Positions 39,300-49,255 of a DNA stretch of 64,000 nt are shown here, in pieces. The notes beneath the pieces are model-generated. The model was not told the DNA's origin. It worked only from the letters and a program-made list of their open reading frames with translations, and ran no database searches. The DNA comes from Candidatus Anstonellales archaeon (lineage in GTDB: Archaea > Micrarchaeota > Micrarchaeia > Anstonellales > J096): NCBI GenBank assembly GCA_038896535.1, contig JAWACY010000001.1, forward strand, positions 96,001 through 160,000, read 5' to 3'. The stretch's first letter is position 1, and each line of letters opens with the position of its first letter. A program made the position numbers and the translations under genes.

Positions 39300-40516
39300 A
39301 TAATGATTCTCACGTTCTCTGGTTCTTTTGCTAATGTTCCCTTCCTTATGCCTACTATAAATTTAATGCCTTTCTCGCTTGCAACATCTATAAGCCTTTG
39401 TGTTATTACCCCATCAAAAACAACTGCTCTAATGTTATTCATTGATATTATGTTTTGCAGCATTTCTCTAACAGATATTTCTTTAATTGGCTCAAAATTC
39501 TCATCATAAAGCCTTGCCCTTAACCTCCCTTTTATGCCTTCAAGTTCATTTTTCAGCTTTGATATAATTTCATTTTCATCTCTCTGCTCATATTCCTTAT
39601 TAACAATTCTTTCTTCCCTTGGCGCATATGCCTTTACATGTCTTTCATTTTCATTTGCTCCATTTCCTTCTTGCTCTAATGGCTTTTCCCTCTTCTTTTC
39701 ATGTATTACTGGCTCTTTATTTCTCAATATCTTTATTATTTCTTTTCTTGTCAATTCCTCTACTTCCATGCCAGGCGGGGCTCTTGCAATAAAATCTATA
39801 TCAACGCCTGCATTCAACATTTCTCTCAATATTATATCCCCCCCTCTATCACCATCAAGAAATGCTGTTATCTCTTTTTTCTTTGATAACTCTATTATTG
39901 TTTTTGGCACTTTTGCTCCGCCTATAGCAATAACATTTGATATGTCATTCTTCAAAAGGTTAATGACATCTGCTCTGCCTTCAACAATTATTATCTTATC
40001 TTCTATATCAACGCTTGGCCCTGCTGGTAATCTCTCTGGCCCATATTCAACAAGACCGCTTACTTTAACTTCTTTCTTTACCATTTCTGTCAGCTCTCTG
40101 CTCTCTGGTATTTGTGTCTCTATAAGCTGCTTTAACAAATACTTCGCCTTGTCAATGATTTTCTTTCTTTTTTCATTTCTATTATCTTCAACTCTGCTAA
40201 CATTTATTGAAGCATCATAAGGCCCTACTCTATCAACTGTTTCGAGTGCTGCTCCTATTATTGCAGTCTCAACCATGTCAAGGCTAGAAGGTATTTTTAT
40301 CACTCCTTTCGTTTTTCCTCCTTCATTAGCAATTTCAACTTCTATCCTGCCTATTCTTCCATTCTTTTGCAATTCCCTTAAATCCAAGTCTTCTCCCAAA
40401 AGCCCTTCTGTCTGGCCAAAAATAGCCCCTACAACATCTGGCTTATCAACACTACCACTAACAGAAAAATGCGCATATATTGTATATTTTACAGTATCTA
40501 TATATGTTTTTGCCAT
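39296..40516 (-). CDS. dnaG: Archaeal DnaG (exosome-associated primase-like protein)
   Basis: GAIFGQTEGLLG, IVEGRADV, AFLDGDRGG, FDGVITQRL. Confidence 0.95.
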   Translation of the reverse strand: MAKTYIDTVKYTIYAHFSVSGSVDKPDVVGAIFGQTEGLLGEDLDLRELQKNGRIGRIEVEIANEGGKTKGVIKIPSSLDMVETAIIGAALETVDRVGPYDASINVSRVEDNRNEKRKKIIDKAKYLLKQLIETQIPESRELTEMVKKEVKVSGLVEYGPERLPAGPSVDIEDKIIIVEGRADVINLLKNDISNVIAIGGAKVPKTIIELSKKKEITAFLDGDRGGDIILREMLNAGVDIDFIARAPPGMEVEELTRKEIIKILRNKEPVIHEKKREKPLEQEGNGANENERHVKAYAPREERIVNKEYEQRDENEIISKLKNELEGIKGRLRARLYDENFEPIKEISVREMLQNIISMNNIRAVVFDGVITQRLIDVASEKGIKFIVGIRKGTLAKEPENVRIII

Positions 40517-40881
40517 AATTCCACCTCTTTTTTATAAGCATTAAAAACATTTTCAACACGCCTTGTATTGAATAAAAAAAGAAATTTCTTCCTGAATTGA
40601 GTATCAATATTGTTTATGCCATCGTGTTGAGATAAAAAAGATTCAAAAAAAGAAGCAATCCTGTCCCCATCTTCATCTAAATCAGTTAGTATAATAACAT
40701 TACCTTTAATACTTGATGGCTTATTTACAGCATTATTAAACGTTATAGCATTTATACCAAATTTCAAAAGAGATTCCCTATCTCTCTTTCCCTCTACTAT
40801 AACAGTAGATGATTTAAGTCTGTCTATGTATGAAATCATCAATTTCATTTTTTCTTCTTCTGATAAATGTGAGCATTTCAT
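40498..40881 (-). CDS. Stand-alone TOPRIM domain protein
   Basis: VIVEGKRD, ILTDLDEDG; directly upstream of dnaG. Confidence 0.85.
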   Translation of the reverse strand: MKCSHLSEEEKMKLMISYIDRLKSSTVIVEGKRDRESLLKFGINAITFNNAVNKPSSIKGNVIILTDLDEDGDRIASFFESFLSQHDGINNIDTQFRKKFLFLFNTRRVENVFNAYKKEVELWQKHI

Positions 40882-40904
40882 GTTTATTACCCCATTTTAT
40901 GTAA

Positions 40905-40967
40905 TTTTGTGCCTGGTGCTGTTGACAAAGGCATTCACATATCATGCTTGCCATCCTGCACCAGGCA
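40905..40967 (-). ncRNA. Probable single-hairpin box H/ACA guide sRNA
   Basis: GCCTGGTGC/GCACCAGGC stem followed directly by ACA, internal pocket, upper stem, apical TGATATGTGA K-loop-like motif. Confidence 0.7.
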
Positions 40968-40985
40968 ATATTATGCTGAAGCATT

Positions 40986-41423
40986 TTATTCCTCCTTAAA
41001 AAATCCTGCTGCTGCCTTTTCTTCTATCAGATCAAGAACAGACGGTAAAAGCCTTAATATATCATTCTCTGTTATTATGCCAACAATATAACCTTTTTTA
41101 TCAATAACAGGCAATCTTCTAACATTGTTTTTCTTCATAATTTTTGCTGCAGTTTCTAATGAAACATCTGGAGCAGTAACAACTATTGGATGGCTCATTA
41201 TGTCTTTAACTTTAATGTTTGCTTGTTTTTCCTCTGCAACCATTTTTCTAACAATGTCCCTCTCTGTTAAAATGCCTTTAACCTCATTTTTCTCTATTAC
41301 AACAACAGAGCCTATATTGTGCCTTGCCATCAGTTTAGCTGCTTCTTTTACTGGAGCATCAGCATTTATCACTACAACATTTGTTTTCATAACATCTTTA
41401 ACTTTTAATCCTGAAGTTAACAT
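40986..41423 (-). CDS. CBS-domain pair protein
   Basis: VKDVM, GILTERD, RRLPV, GIITEND. Confidence 0.92.
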   Translation of the reverse strand: MLTSGLKVKDVMKTNVVVINADAPVKEAAKLMARHNIGSVVVIEKNEVKGILTERDIVRKMVAEEKQANIKVKDIMSHPIVVTAPDVSLETAAKIMKKNNVRRLPVIDKKGYIVGIITENDILRLLPSVLDLIEEKAAAGFFKEE

Positions 41424-41474
41424 AAATTATTTTTTATACAAAATGTTTAAAAAATGCTTGCTTTTCTCTTTATT

Positions 41475-41645
41475 ATGGGCGCATTAAAACCTGGCATGAC
41501 AGTTTTAATTAAAGTCGGGGCAGATAAAGGCAAGGAGGCAGTCATAAAAGAAATTATTGATGATAATTATGTAAAAATAAAGCTTATCAAAGGGAAAAAT
41601 GAAGTAGAGAGAAGGATAAATGTGAGGCATATAAAGATAAAATGA
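41475..41645 (+). CDS. rpl14e: 50S ribosomal protein L14e (short KOW form)
   Basis: GADKGKEAVI...DDNYV...RRINVRHI; conserved position before cbf5. Confidence 0.8.
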   Translation: MGALKPGMTVLIKVGADKGKEAVIKEIIDDNYVKIKLIKGKNEVERRINVRHIKIK

Positions 41646-42493
41646 ACATAATGGCAGAAACAGCAGAAAAAATCAAGAATGGTTTCATTGTTGTTGATAA
41701 GCCTGCGAATTTAAACAGCCATGAAGTATCTGCATACATAGGAAAATGGCTTAACATAAAAGCAGGCCATGCTGGAACGCTTGACCCAGATGTTACTGGC
41801 TTATTAATAGTCGGCTTGGGAAAGGCAACCAGGATGCTTAGATTTTTAGCAGAACAGGAAAAGGAATATATATGCTTGATGAAGTTGAACAAGGAAAAGA
41901 CAAGAGAAGAAATTGAAAGAATGTTCAAAGCTTATGAAAGGGATATCTGGCAAACCCCGCCAGAAAAAAGTGCTGTTGCAAAAAAGCCTAGGAAAAGAAA
42001 GGTGTATAATTTAAAGCTTATTGAAATACATGACAAACTCGTATTATTTAAAGCGCTTGTTGAAAAAGGCACTTATATGCGCGTATTATGCAAGCAAATG
42101 AATGGGGAAATGCTAGATTTAAGAAGGATAAGCTCTGCCTGTATTAACGAGAAATATGCTTTTATCATGCAAAAAATAAAGCATGCAATTGATAATTATA
42201 GAGGGGGAAATGCGGAAGAGCTTCATGAAATAATAAAGAGCCCAGAAGAGATTTTCAGTCTTAGCTGTATACAAAAAATATATGTTAATGAAAGGGCAGC
42301 ACAAAATATATTGAAAGGAGCCCCATTATATGCCCCTGGTATAATATGGGAAAAAACAGAAGAAAAAGGAAAAATAAAAAATGGTTATGCTGCAGTATTT
42401 TCTGGAGATAGGCTCATAGCAATAATGAATGTCATAAACGAGAATGCAAGAAAAAAAGGCGTGGTTGCAAAAATAGAAAGATTAAATATTTAA
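41642..42493 (+). CDS. cbf5: RNA-guided pseudouridine synthase Cbf5 (TruB family)
   Basis: VDKP, GHAGTLDP, QTPP.KSAV, GTYMR.LC, C-terminal PUA domain. Confidence 0.9.
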   Translation: MNIMAETAEKIKNGFIVVDKPANLNSHEVSAYIGKWLNIKAGHAGTLDPDVTGLLIVGLGKATRMLRFLAEQEKEYICLMKLNKEKTREEIERMFKAYERDIWQTPPEKSAVAKKPRKRKVYNLKLIEIHDKLVLFKALVEKGTYMRVLCKQMNGEMLDLRRISSACINEKYAFIMQKIKHAIDNYRGGNAEELHEIIKSPEEIFSLSCIQKIYVNERAAQNILKGAPLYAPGIIWEKTEEKGKIKNGYAAVFSGDRLIAIMNVINENARKKGVVAKIERLNI

Positions 42494-42591
42494 TCATTTT
42501 AACATTGCCATACTAACATTGCCATACTCAAAGGCAATAAAAGCAATTAACAAAGCACAAGCAACTAATAAAGCAAAAATAAATAAATATA

Positions 42592-43842
42592 TTGGTTAAA
42601 TATAATGTGGATTTAATAGCAGATTTTCATCTACACACAAAGTATAGTGCAGCTACTTCAAAAAATATGGATATTGAAAATTTGGCATATGCTGCTAAAA
42701 TGAAAGGCATTTCATTATTGGGAAGTGGCGATTTTACACACCCATTGCAGTTCAGAGAAATAAAAGAAATGCTTGTTTTCAATGATGGAATAGCAATGTA
42801 TAATGGCATATATTTTATTTTGAGTGTTGAAGTCAGCAATGTTTTTAATATAGAAAACAAAACATATAAAGTGCATACAGTAATTTTAAGCCCATCATTG
42901 GACATAGCTGAACAAATTAATGAAACACTATCGAAACATGGCAATTTAAGTGAAGATGGGAGGCCAACATTAAATTACAGCACTTATGAAATGAATGAGG
43001 AATTGAAAGCTATAAGCAGGGATATTGCACTAATACCAGCCCATATATGGACGCCTTGGTTTTCTTTATTTGGCGCACATTTTGGGGCAGATGACATTAA
43101 TGAGCTATATCCAGATGACAGCCTTATAATTGCACTTGAAACTGGATTAAGTAGCGATCCTTTAATGAACTGGATGGTTTCAAAAATAGATAAATATACA
43201 CTTGTTTCAAATTCTGATGCTCATAGCCTTGAAAATCTTGGCAGAGAAGGAAATAAGATAAGGTTAAAGCAAATCACATATAAAGAAATAGTAAATGGCA
43301 TAAGGACTGGAAATGCAATGTTAAAGACATATGAATATTTCCCACAAGAAGGAAAATACTTTAATGACGGGCATAGAAAATGCAACATCAATCTTAGCCC
43401 AGAAGAAGCAGAAAAAATAAGGGGTATATGCCCAGTATGTAAAAGAAAGCTTACTATAGGGGTTATGCACAGAATAAAAAAAATGGCTGATAGAAAGTAT
43501 GGAGAAAAAAAGCCAAATTGGAAGGGATATCAGCACATAATACCATTAAAACAAGTCATAGCAAAGGTAAAAAATAAAACAAAAGAATCAAAAACAGTAC
43601 AAAGCATATATAATGATATGATATCATATTTTGGCAACGAGTTTGCTATTTATGAAGCAAATGAAAATGATTTACTCGCTTATACAGATAAAGACATAGC
43701 TAATGCACTTATAAAAATAAAAAAAGAACAAGTTTATTGGAAACCTGGTTATGATGGCGTTTTTGGAGAATTCTTTTTAAATGGGAATGTAGAAAATAAA
43801 AACAAACAAGAAATGCTTAAAAGGTGGTTTGATGAAGTATGA
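42592..43842 (+). CDS. Endonuclease Q family PHP-domain protein
   Basis: DFHLHTKYS, GDFTHP, PAHIWTPW, ETGLS, SNSDAHS, CPVC, PGYDGVFG. Confidence 0.85.
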   Translation: MVKYNVDLIADFHLHTKYSAATSKNMDIENLAYAAKMKGISLLGSGDFTHPLQFREIKEMLVFNDGIAMYNGIYFILSVEVSNVFNIENKTYKVHTVILSPSLDIAEQINETLSKHGNLSEDGRPTLNYSTYEMNEELKAISRDIALIPAHIWTPWFSLFGAHFGADDINELYPDDSLIIALETGLSSDPLMNWMVSKIDKYTLVSNSDAHSLENLGREGNKIRLKQITYKEIVNGIRTGNAMLKTYEYFPQEGKYFNDGHRKCNINLSPEEAEKIRGICPVCKRKLTIGVMHRIKKMADRKYGEKKPNWKGYQHIIPLKQVIAKVKNKTKESKTVQSIYNDMISYFGNEFAIYEANENDLLAYTDKDIANALIKIKKEQVYWKPGYDGVFGEFFLNGNVENKNKQEMLKRWFDEV

Positions 43843-44479
43843 ATTAGCAAGCATTGAAAAAATAGGAGAATACAAAATATTCAGACTTTTTCCTCAAGAA
43901 AGCCCAATAACTTTTAAGCCGGGACAATTTATAAAATTAAGTTTTCCTGATGGCAATGGGAAGCCATATTCTATTGCAAGCTCACCATCATGGCCGTTCT
44001 TAGAATTTCTTATACATATAACTGGTGGGCCATTCACTTCATTGTTAGATAAGGTAGAAATTGGGCAGGTATTTGATATAAGCAAAGCAGCAGGCCATTT
44101 TACTTATGATGGGCAAAGAAATGCTGTTTTTATTGCAGGCGGGGCAGGAATTGCCCCAATCATGAGCATTATTAGATATATTGCAGAAAATAAAACAGAT
44201 GGAAATTTTAATGTTTTTTATAGCTCAAGAACTTTTTCCAACAGCCCATATATATCTGAGCTTATAGGTTATGAAAAGAGCGGTATAATAAAGCTTTGCC
44301 ATACATTAACAAGAGAAGAAAGAAAAAATTATTTGTGCGGTAGGATAAATGTAGACATGATAAGGCCTATCGTTAATAAAGAGACAAGTATATATTTATG
44401 CGGAAATAAGGCAATGGCAAATGACTTTATGCAATTAAAAGAGCTTGCAAAAGAAATGAAAATAGAGGCATGGGGTTAA
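43829..44479 (+). CDS. FAD/NAD(P)-binding oxidoreductase (ferredoxin reductase-like)
   Basis: PGQF, PYSIAS, AGGAGIAP, YLCG, EAW. Confidence 0.9.
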   Translation: MMKYELASIEKIGEYKIFRLFPQESPITFKPGQFIKLSFPDGNGKPYSIASSPSWPFLEFLIHITGGPFTSLLDKVEIGQVFDISKAAGHFTYDGQRNAVFIAGGAGIAPIMSIIRYIAENKTDGNFNVFYSSRTFSNSPYISELIGYEKSGIIKLCHTLTREERKNYLCGRINVDMIRPIVNKETSIYLCGNKAMANDFMQLKELAKEMKIEAWG

Positions 44480-44517
44480 TTTAAGAGTCATTTTAAATTA
44501 ATTGTAATAAGTATTAA

Positions 44518-45393
44518 TTAATCGCTTATCAAAGGCTCACATCCATCTTTTGTTACAATAACAGTTTTCTCTGCTTGCGCAACTTGGCCTTTTTTCTGCT
44601 CTTCTAATATTGGATAGGCTTGTATTGATTTTAAAGACAGCATCTCTTTTAATGCCGCATGTAATAAAATTTTGTTATTAACCTTTTCATAAATCCATCT
44701 CTCTGCAAAAGGCAATATGCCATATTTATCTTTTATATAATCAGCTATTATTTTACTCTCCCTAAATCTAAACCTGCTGTGTTTTAAATAGCTATATATT
44801 TCAACTTCATTTTTTTCAACCACATAACCGCTTGCATCTTTTGATGTTACAAATGGTTCTATTGCAAAAACATCGCCTTCTTTTATTACATAAACATCAT
44901 TCACTGGAACGTTTGGCAATGTAATGCCTGAATGCAAATGCATACCTTCTATTTTATGTCCTGTAAGGTTTGATATTGGTTTAAAGTCATATTTTTTTAT
45001 TTCTCTATATATTACATTACTTATCTCCTTTATTGTTTTTCCTGGCTTTATTTCTTCAATCGCTTTTTGCAATGCCATCTCAGAACATTCAACTATTTTA
45101 TCAAAATTGCCGTTGAAATCAAGTGTTATTGCATTATCACTAATAATTCCATCAAGGGCAATGCCAAAATCAACCTTTACAAGCTCATTGCCAATTATTG
45201 CATTATCATTTATTGCTGGCGTAGCATGAGCAGCAATATGGCCAATGCTTATATTTAAAGGAAATGCTGGCTTGGCGCCATATTCAAAAATTGCATTCTC
45301 TATTCCATTTGCTATATCAATTAACTTAACTCCTGGTTTTACATCTTTTATTATCTTATCTCTTATCCTTTTTGCTATGTCTTTTATTAGCAT
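44518..45393 (-). CDS. map: Methionine aminopeptidase type II
   Basis: AFP.N.S, AAHATP, KVDFG, NLTGH, AIEPF, AQAEKT. Confidence 0.93.
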   Translation of the reverse strand: MLIKDIAKRIRDKIIKDVKPGVKLIDIANGIENAIFEYGAKPAFPLNISIGHIAAHATPAINDNAIIGNELVKVDFGIALDGIISDNAITLDFNGNFDKIVECSEMALQKAIEEIKPGKTIKEISNVIYREIKKYDFKPISNLTGHKIEGMHLHSGITLPNVPVNDVYVIKEGDVFAIEPFVTSKDASGYVVEKNEVEIYSYLKHSRFRFRESKIIADYIKDKYGILPFAERWIYEKVNNKILLHAALKEMLSLKSIQAYPILEEQKKGQVAQAEKTVIVTKDGCEPLISD

Positions 45394-45443
45394 AAGTGCA
45401 TATAAATGCAAAAGTTTTTTATTATATTATGACAAATACATTT

Positions 45444-46670
45444 ATGCTTATAAAAAGTGTAAGCGCAACATGGATCATTGATTCAAGGGCCATGCCAACA
45501 ATAAAGGCAATTGTAAAAACAGAAAATGCAACAGGCATTGGCCACGCTCCATCTGGTGCATCAAAAGGCCAGCATGAGGCCATTGAATTAAGAGATAACA
45601 AAAATGATTTTCATGGGATGGGCGTTTATAATGCAATTAAAAATATAAAAGCACATATAGCAAAAGCAATTGTTGGGAAAAATGTTAGTGAGCAAGAAGA
45701 TATAGATAATAGCATGATAAAGATAGATGGAACAAAAAATAAAAGCAAGCTTGGTGCAAATGCAACAATTGCATGTTCAATTGCGTGTTTAGATGCTGCG
45801 GCTAAAGAGAACAATATGGAATTATTTGAATACATTGCAAAAAAATATAAAAGAAAGCCAAAAATACCATATTGCATGTTCAACATAATAAACGGGGGCA
45901 AACATGCAGGAAATAAGCTATCAATTCAAGAATTTCTCATTGTGCCCATAATAAAAGATGTGAGGCAAGCAGTAAAAGCAAGCATGGAAATTTATCAAGA
46001 ATTAAAAGAAGAAATAAAAAAGGCATATGGGAGGCATTCGATAAATGTTGGCGATGAGGGTGGTTTTTCTCCAAATATGCAGAGGAACTGGCAGGCAATA
46101 GAAATAATAAAAAAGGCCATAGAAAAAACTGGTTATGAAAAAGAAATTAAAATAAGCATTGATGCTGCTGCTGATTCATTTTATAATAGCAATGCTGATA
46201 AATATGAGGTTGATGAAAAAATGCTTGATAAAGAAGAATTGCTAGATTATTATAAAGAGCTTGTAAAAACATATGGCATACTAAGCATAGAGGACCCATT
46301 TTATGAAAAACACGGCCAGCAATTCAAATTACTTAAAAGATATGTTAAAGTAATTGGTGATGACCTAACAGTAACAAACATTGAACTTGTTAAGAAAAAT
46401 AAGGACTTCATAAATGGTATTATAATAAAGCCAAACCAGATAGGAACAATAAGCGAGACAATAAAGGCGTTTGACTATGCAATTAAGCATGTGCCCTTTA
46501 TTATAACAAGCCACCGTTCTGGGGAAACTGAAAGCAGCTTTATAGCTGATTTTGCTGTTGGAATAGCAAGCCCGTATGTTAAATTTGGCGCTCCAGCAAG
46601 AGGGGAAAGGACTGTTAAATATAACAGGCTTATGGATATAGGTGATGAACTTGGCATGGCAGGGAATTAA
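45444..46670 (+). CDS. eno: Enolase
   Basis: PSGAS, LGANA, INGGKHA, VGDEGG, GDDL, SHRSGETE. Confidence 0.96.
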   Translation: MLIKSVSATWIIDSRAMPTIKAIVKTENATGIGHAPSGASKGQHEAIELRDNKNDFHGMGVYNAIKNIKAHIAKAIVGKNVSEQEDIDNSMIKIDGTKNKSKLGANATIACSIACLDAAAKENNMELFEYIAKKYKRKPKIPYCMFNIINGGKHAGNKLSIQEFLIVPIIKDVRQAVKASMEIYQELKEEIKKAYGRHSINVGDEGGFSPNMQRNWQAIEIIKKAIEKTGYEKEIKISIDAAADSFYNSNADKYEVDEKMLDKEELLDYYKELVKTYGILSIEDPFYEKHGQQFKLLKRYVKVIGDDLTVTNIELVKKNKDFINGIIIKPNQIGTISETIKAFDYAIKHVPFIITSHRSGETESSFIADFAVGIASPYVKFGAPARGERTVKYNRLMDIGDELGMAGN

Positions 46671-46674
46671 TTTA

Positions 46675-47019
46675 ATGAAAAAACAAGCATTAAATGAAAA
46701 TAAAGCAAAGGATATAATTATTATAGAATTAGCAATAAAAGTATTTGAATTTCTTCTATTCTTTTTTGCTCTTATATTAGTTTCTGTTAACCTGTCAATA
46801 ATATCTATGATGACACTTGCAATGCTCTATTATGTTGGTTACCAGAAAAATATTTTTGAAAAAGAGAACATTGGCATAACTGATATGGTAAATAAGTATT
46901 TTTCATTTCCAATACTCTTATTGCTTCTAATGTTGCTTATTGGTGATACATCATTAAAGCTTTCTATAATTGCATTTTCAGCACAAGGAGCAATGAAGGC
47001 AATAGCAACAAATGCTTAA
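46675..47019 (+). CDS. Hypothetical membrane protein
   Basis: Hydrophobic ORF starting just after the eno stop. Confidence 0.5.
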   Translation: MKKQALNENKAKDIIIIELAIKVFEFLLFFFALILVSVNLSIISMMTLAMLYYVGYQKNIFEKENIGITDMVNKYFSFPILLLLLMLLIGDTSLKLSIIAFSAQGAMKAIATNA

Positions 47020-47137
47020 ATTGATAAATAAAATGTGAAGTTAAAATTTAATTAAAAGCCAAATTTAAATATTTATATATAGCTAATGATATAGCCTAAT
47101 AAATATAGCATAATGATATAGCTTAATTTCACATAAA

Positions 47138-47734
47138 CTAATCAGTATTCAGCATAGCAATAAAATGGTTTATCTTGTCTTTAAATGTATTTATATCATT
47201 ATTATTCTCTATAACAATATCAGCCATTAATAATGCCTTTTCTATGCCAGCTTGTTTTTCTTTTTCTTCTTGTTTTAAAAACTGCTCATAATTAATTGGT
47301 TCAGCTATCTTTTTTCTTTCTTTGACCCTATTAAACCTTATATTATCATCTGCCCTTATCTCAATTATAAGGGCATTCTTAATAAATTTTGAAAAATAAT
47401 TTATTTCTTCAACGCTTCTTATGCCTACTATAATGATTAATTCATGCCCTTTTAATTTTCCAGCAAGCATATCCCCATTTATATTATCAATAACATATTT
47501 AGCAAAAACATCCCAGCCATGCATTTCTCTCTCTTTTATCATAAATGCTCTTAAGTTCTCATTTGTTAATTCTATGTCTTTTTCTTTCATGCTTTTTTTT
47601 ACTATCTCCCCCATCTCATAAACAATAAAACCTTTTGCCTTTAAATGCTCAGCAAACACAGTTTTACCGCTTCCCTTTTTGCCCAAAACAAGCAAAGCTT
47701 TATTTATGATTGCCATATTAATACGCCTTTTCAT
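47138..47734 (-). CDS. P-loop nucleotide kinase (UPF0200/dephospho-CoA kinase-like)
   Basis: GKKGSGKT, GIRS.EE, ADIVIENN. Confidence 0.8.
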   Translation of the reverse strand: MKRRINMAIINKALLVLGKKGSGKTVFAEHLKAKGFIVYEMGEIVKKSMKEKDIELTNENLRAFMIKEREMHGWDVFAKYVIDNINGDMLAGKLKGHELIIIVGIRSVEEINYFSKFIKNALIIEIRADDNIRFNRVKERKKIAEPINYEQFLKQEEKEKQAGIEKALLMADIVIENNNDINTFKDKINHFIAMLNTD

Positions 47735-47963
47735 TTTAAAGCGTTTTACAGCAAGTAAAGAAATTAATAATCAATTCAGCGCTCCAGATATTCATCACAA
47801 ATCAGAAAACCTGCATATCATCATAAAAGAAAATTGCAACAAAAATTTAAAATATTATTGTAATAAAATGTTCATAAATATCATATAAGGTCAGATAAAA
47901 TAACAAAAAACAATAATATTTAAATACTTGTAATAATTAATAATTATTACTAATTTCTTCTGT

Positions 47964-48016
47964 GGGGGACTGGTACCTTGCCAGCGTCGGGCTGTTGCCT
48001 GATGCTGGCCTCTTCC
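47964..48016 (+). other. GC-rich structured element, candidate small RNA
   Basis: 13-bp hairpin GCCAGCGTCGGGC-TGTT-GCCTGATGCTGGC with two G-U pairs, in an AT-rich intergenic region. Confidence 0.4.
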
Positions 48017-48336
48017 TTTATCAAGAGCATTATATCAAGCCTTTACAAGCTTTTACCAAGACTTTATCACGCTTTTTTATCAGGCATTTTATGTCCTTTA
48101 CCCTTTATTACTTTTAACTTTATATACTCCTTTTATTGCTCTTTTTCTTTTTCTCTTTTTATATCGCTCTTTGTTCTTTATTATCCCTACTCTTATTCCC
48201 ATTCTTTTTTGCCTGAAGATATAAGATATAAAGAGATGGTATATAGAATAAAGATAAAAAAACTAAAATAAACTAAAGCGAAAGATAAAAAATAAAGTTG
48301 TTGTTCCTTGCTTGTTTTTCTTGTTTTTATTTTAAT

Positions 48337-48714
48337 TTAATCCTTTGTTAATTCATATAGATTCCTTAATGCAACAAGTGCTGCCCCTGATGCAAGGAAG
48401 ACTGTTAAATAACTTAACATAGAAGCCAATGTCTTGCCAACATCTGGCAATGCCTCAAACAAGTTGTTCAGGAATGACACTCCTGAAAGCAAGGCAAGCA
48501 CTGATACCAAATAGAGCAAAGCTTCTTTGTCTGTTACATTAAACCAACCAACAACAACGCCCAATACTAAAAGCAGGTAGTAAAGCCCTGGTATTTGCTG
48601 TCCTGTTGAACCTGCCCAAGCCCCAATAATAATTGCTAATACAAAACCTGCAATAAATAACTTAGGGGCTAAACTCTTCATTGTTGCTCCCATACTTTGT
48701 TCAGCCTTAGGCAT
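48337..48714 (-). CDS. Hypothetical 4-TM membrane protein
   Basis: GAGGTGAT SD; LGVVVGWFNVT..E motif. Confidence 0.7.
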   Translation of the reverse strand: MPKAEQSMGATMKSLAPKLFIAGFVLAIIIGAWAGSTGQQIPGLYYLLLVLGVVVGWFNVTDKEALLYLVSVLALLSGVSFLNNLFEALPDVGKTLASMLSYLTVFLASGAALVALRNLYELTKD

Positions 48715-48796
48715 CTATATCACCTCATTTTAAAATTATTGAGTAACCTTTTTAAATATTACTAACAAATTTTAACATTTCTTAATAGGTGGAAAT

Positions 48797-49255
48797 TTGG
48801 GGTTTTGTGATATTTGCGGAAAGCAAGGTATAACAAGAGCTGTTTTTATAGAAGGAGCAGAGCTACAAGCATGCTATAAATGTTATAAAGAAGATAGCAA
48901 AAAAGAGAAAGTTGAAATTAAAAGTGATGTTAAGCAGGAGAAATCAAAAGAGGTAAGGGAAATTGAACAAATAATAATAGAAAACTGGCCAGAAGAAATA
49001 AAAAGGGGCATGAATGCAATAAACATTGAGGAAAAAGAACTTGCTAAAAAAATTGGCATTTCAGAAAGTTATATGAGGCATATATTAAAAGGGGAGATAA
49101 AACCAGATATAAAAACAGCTAAAAAAATTGAGCATGTGTTGAAAATAAAACTTATTGAACATGTTATAATAGAAGGCAATAAAAGTGAAGAAAAAATTGG
49201 CAATAAAACATTGGCAGATAATATAGATTGGGAGAGTGCAAATAATGGGGGTTAA
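48797..49255 (+). CDS. Archaeal multiprotein bridging factor 1 (Zn ribbon plus HTH)
   Basis: CDICG..IEGA..CYKC, ELAKKIG.S..GEIKPD..AKKIE. Confidence 0.85.
   Translation: MGFCDICGKQGITRAVFIEGAELQACYKCYKEDSKKEKVEIKSDVKQEKSKEVREIEQIIIENWPEEIKRGMNAINIEEKELAKKIGISESYMRHILKGEIKPDIKTAKKIEHVLKIKLIEHVIIEGNKSEEKIGNKTLADNIDWESANNGG

Noticed and set aside
39534..40220. Long antisense ORFs (here, 25032-25595, 20630-21085 and many others)
   Set aside because: Shadow frames opposite well-supported genes, rich in Phe/Ser/Leu/Ile as expected from the codon bias.
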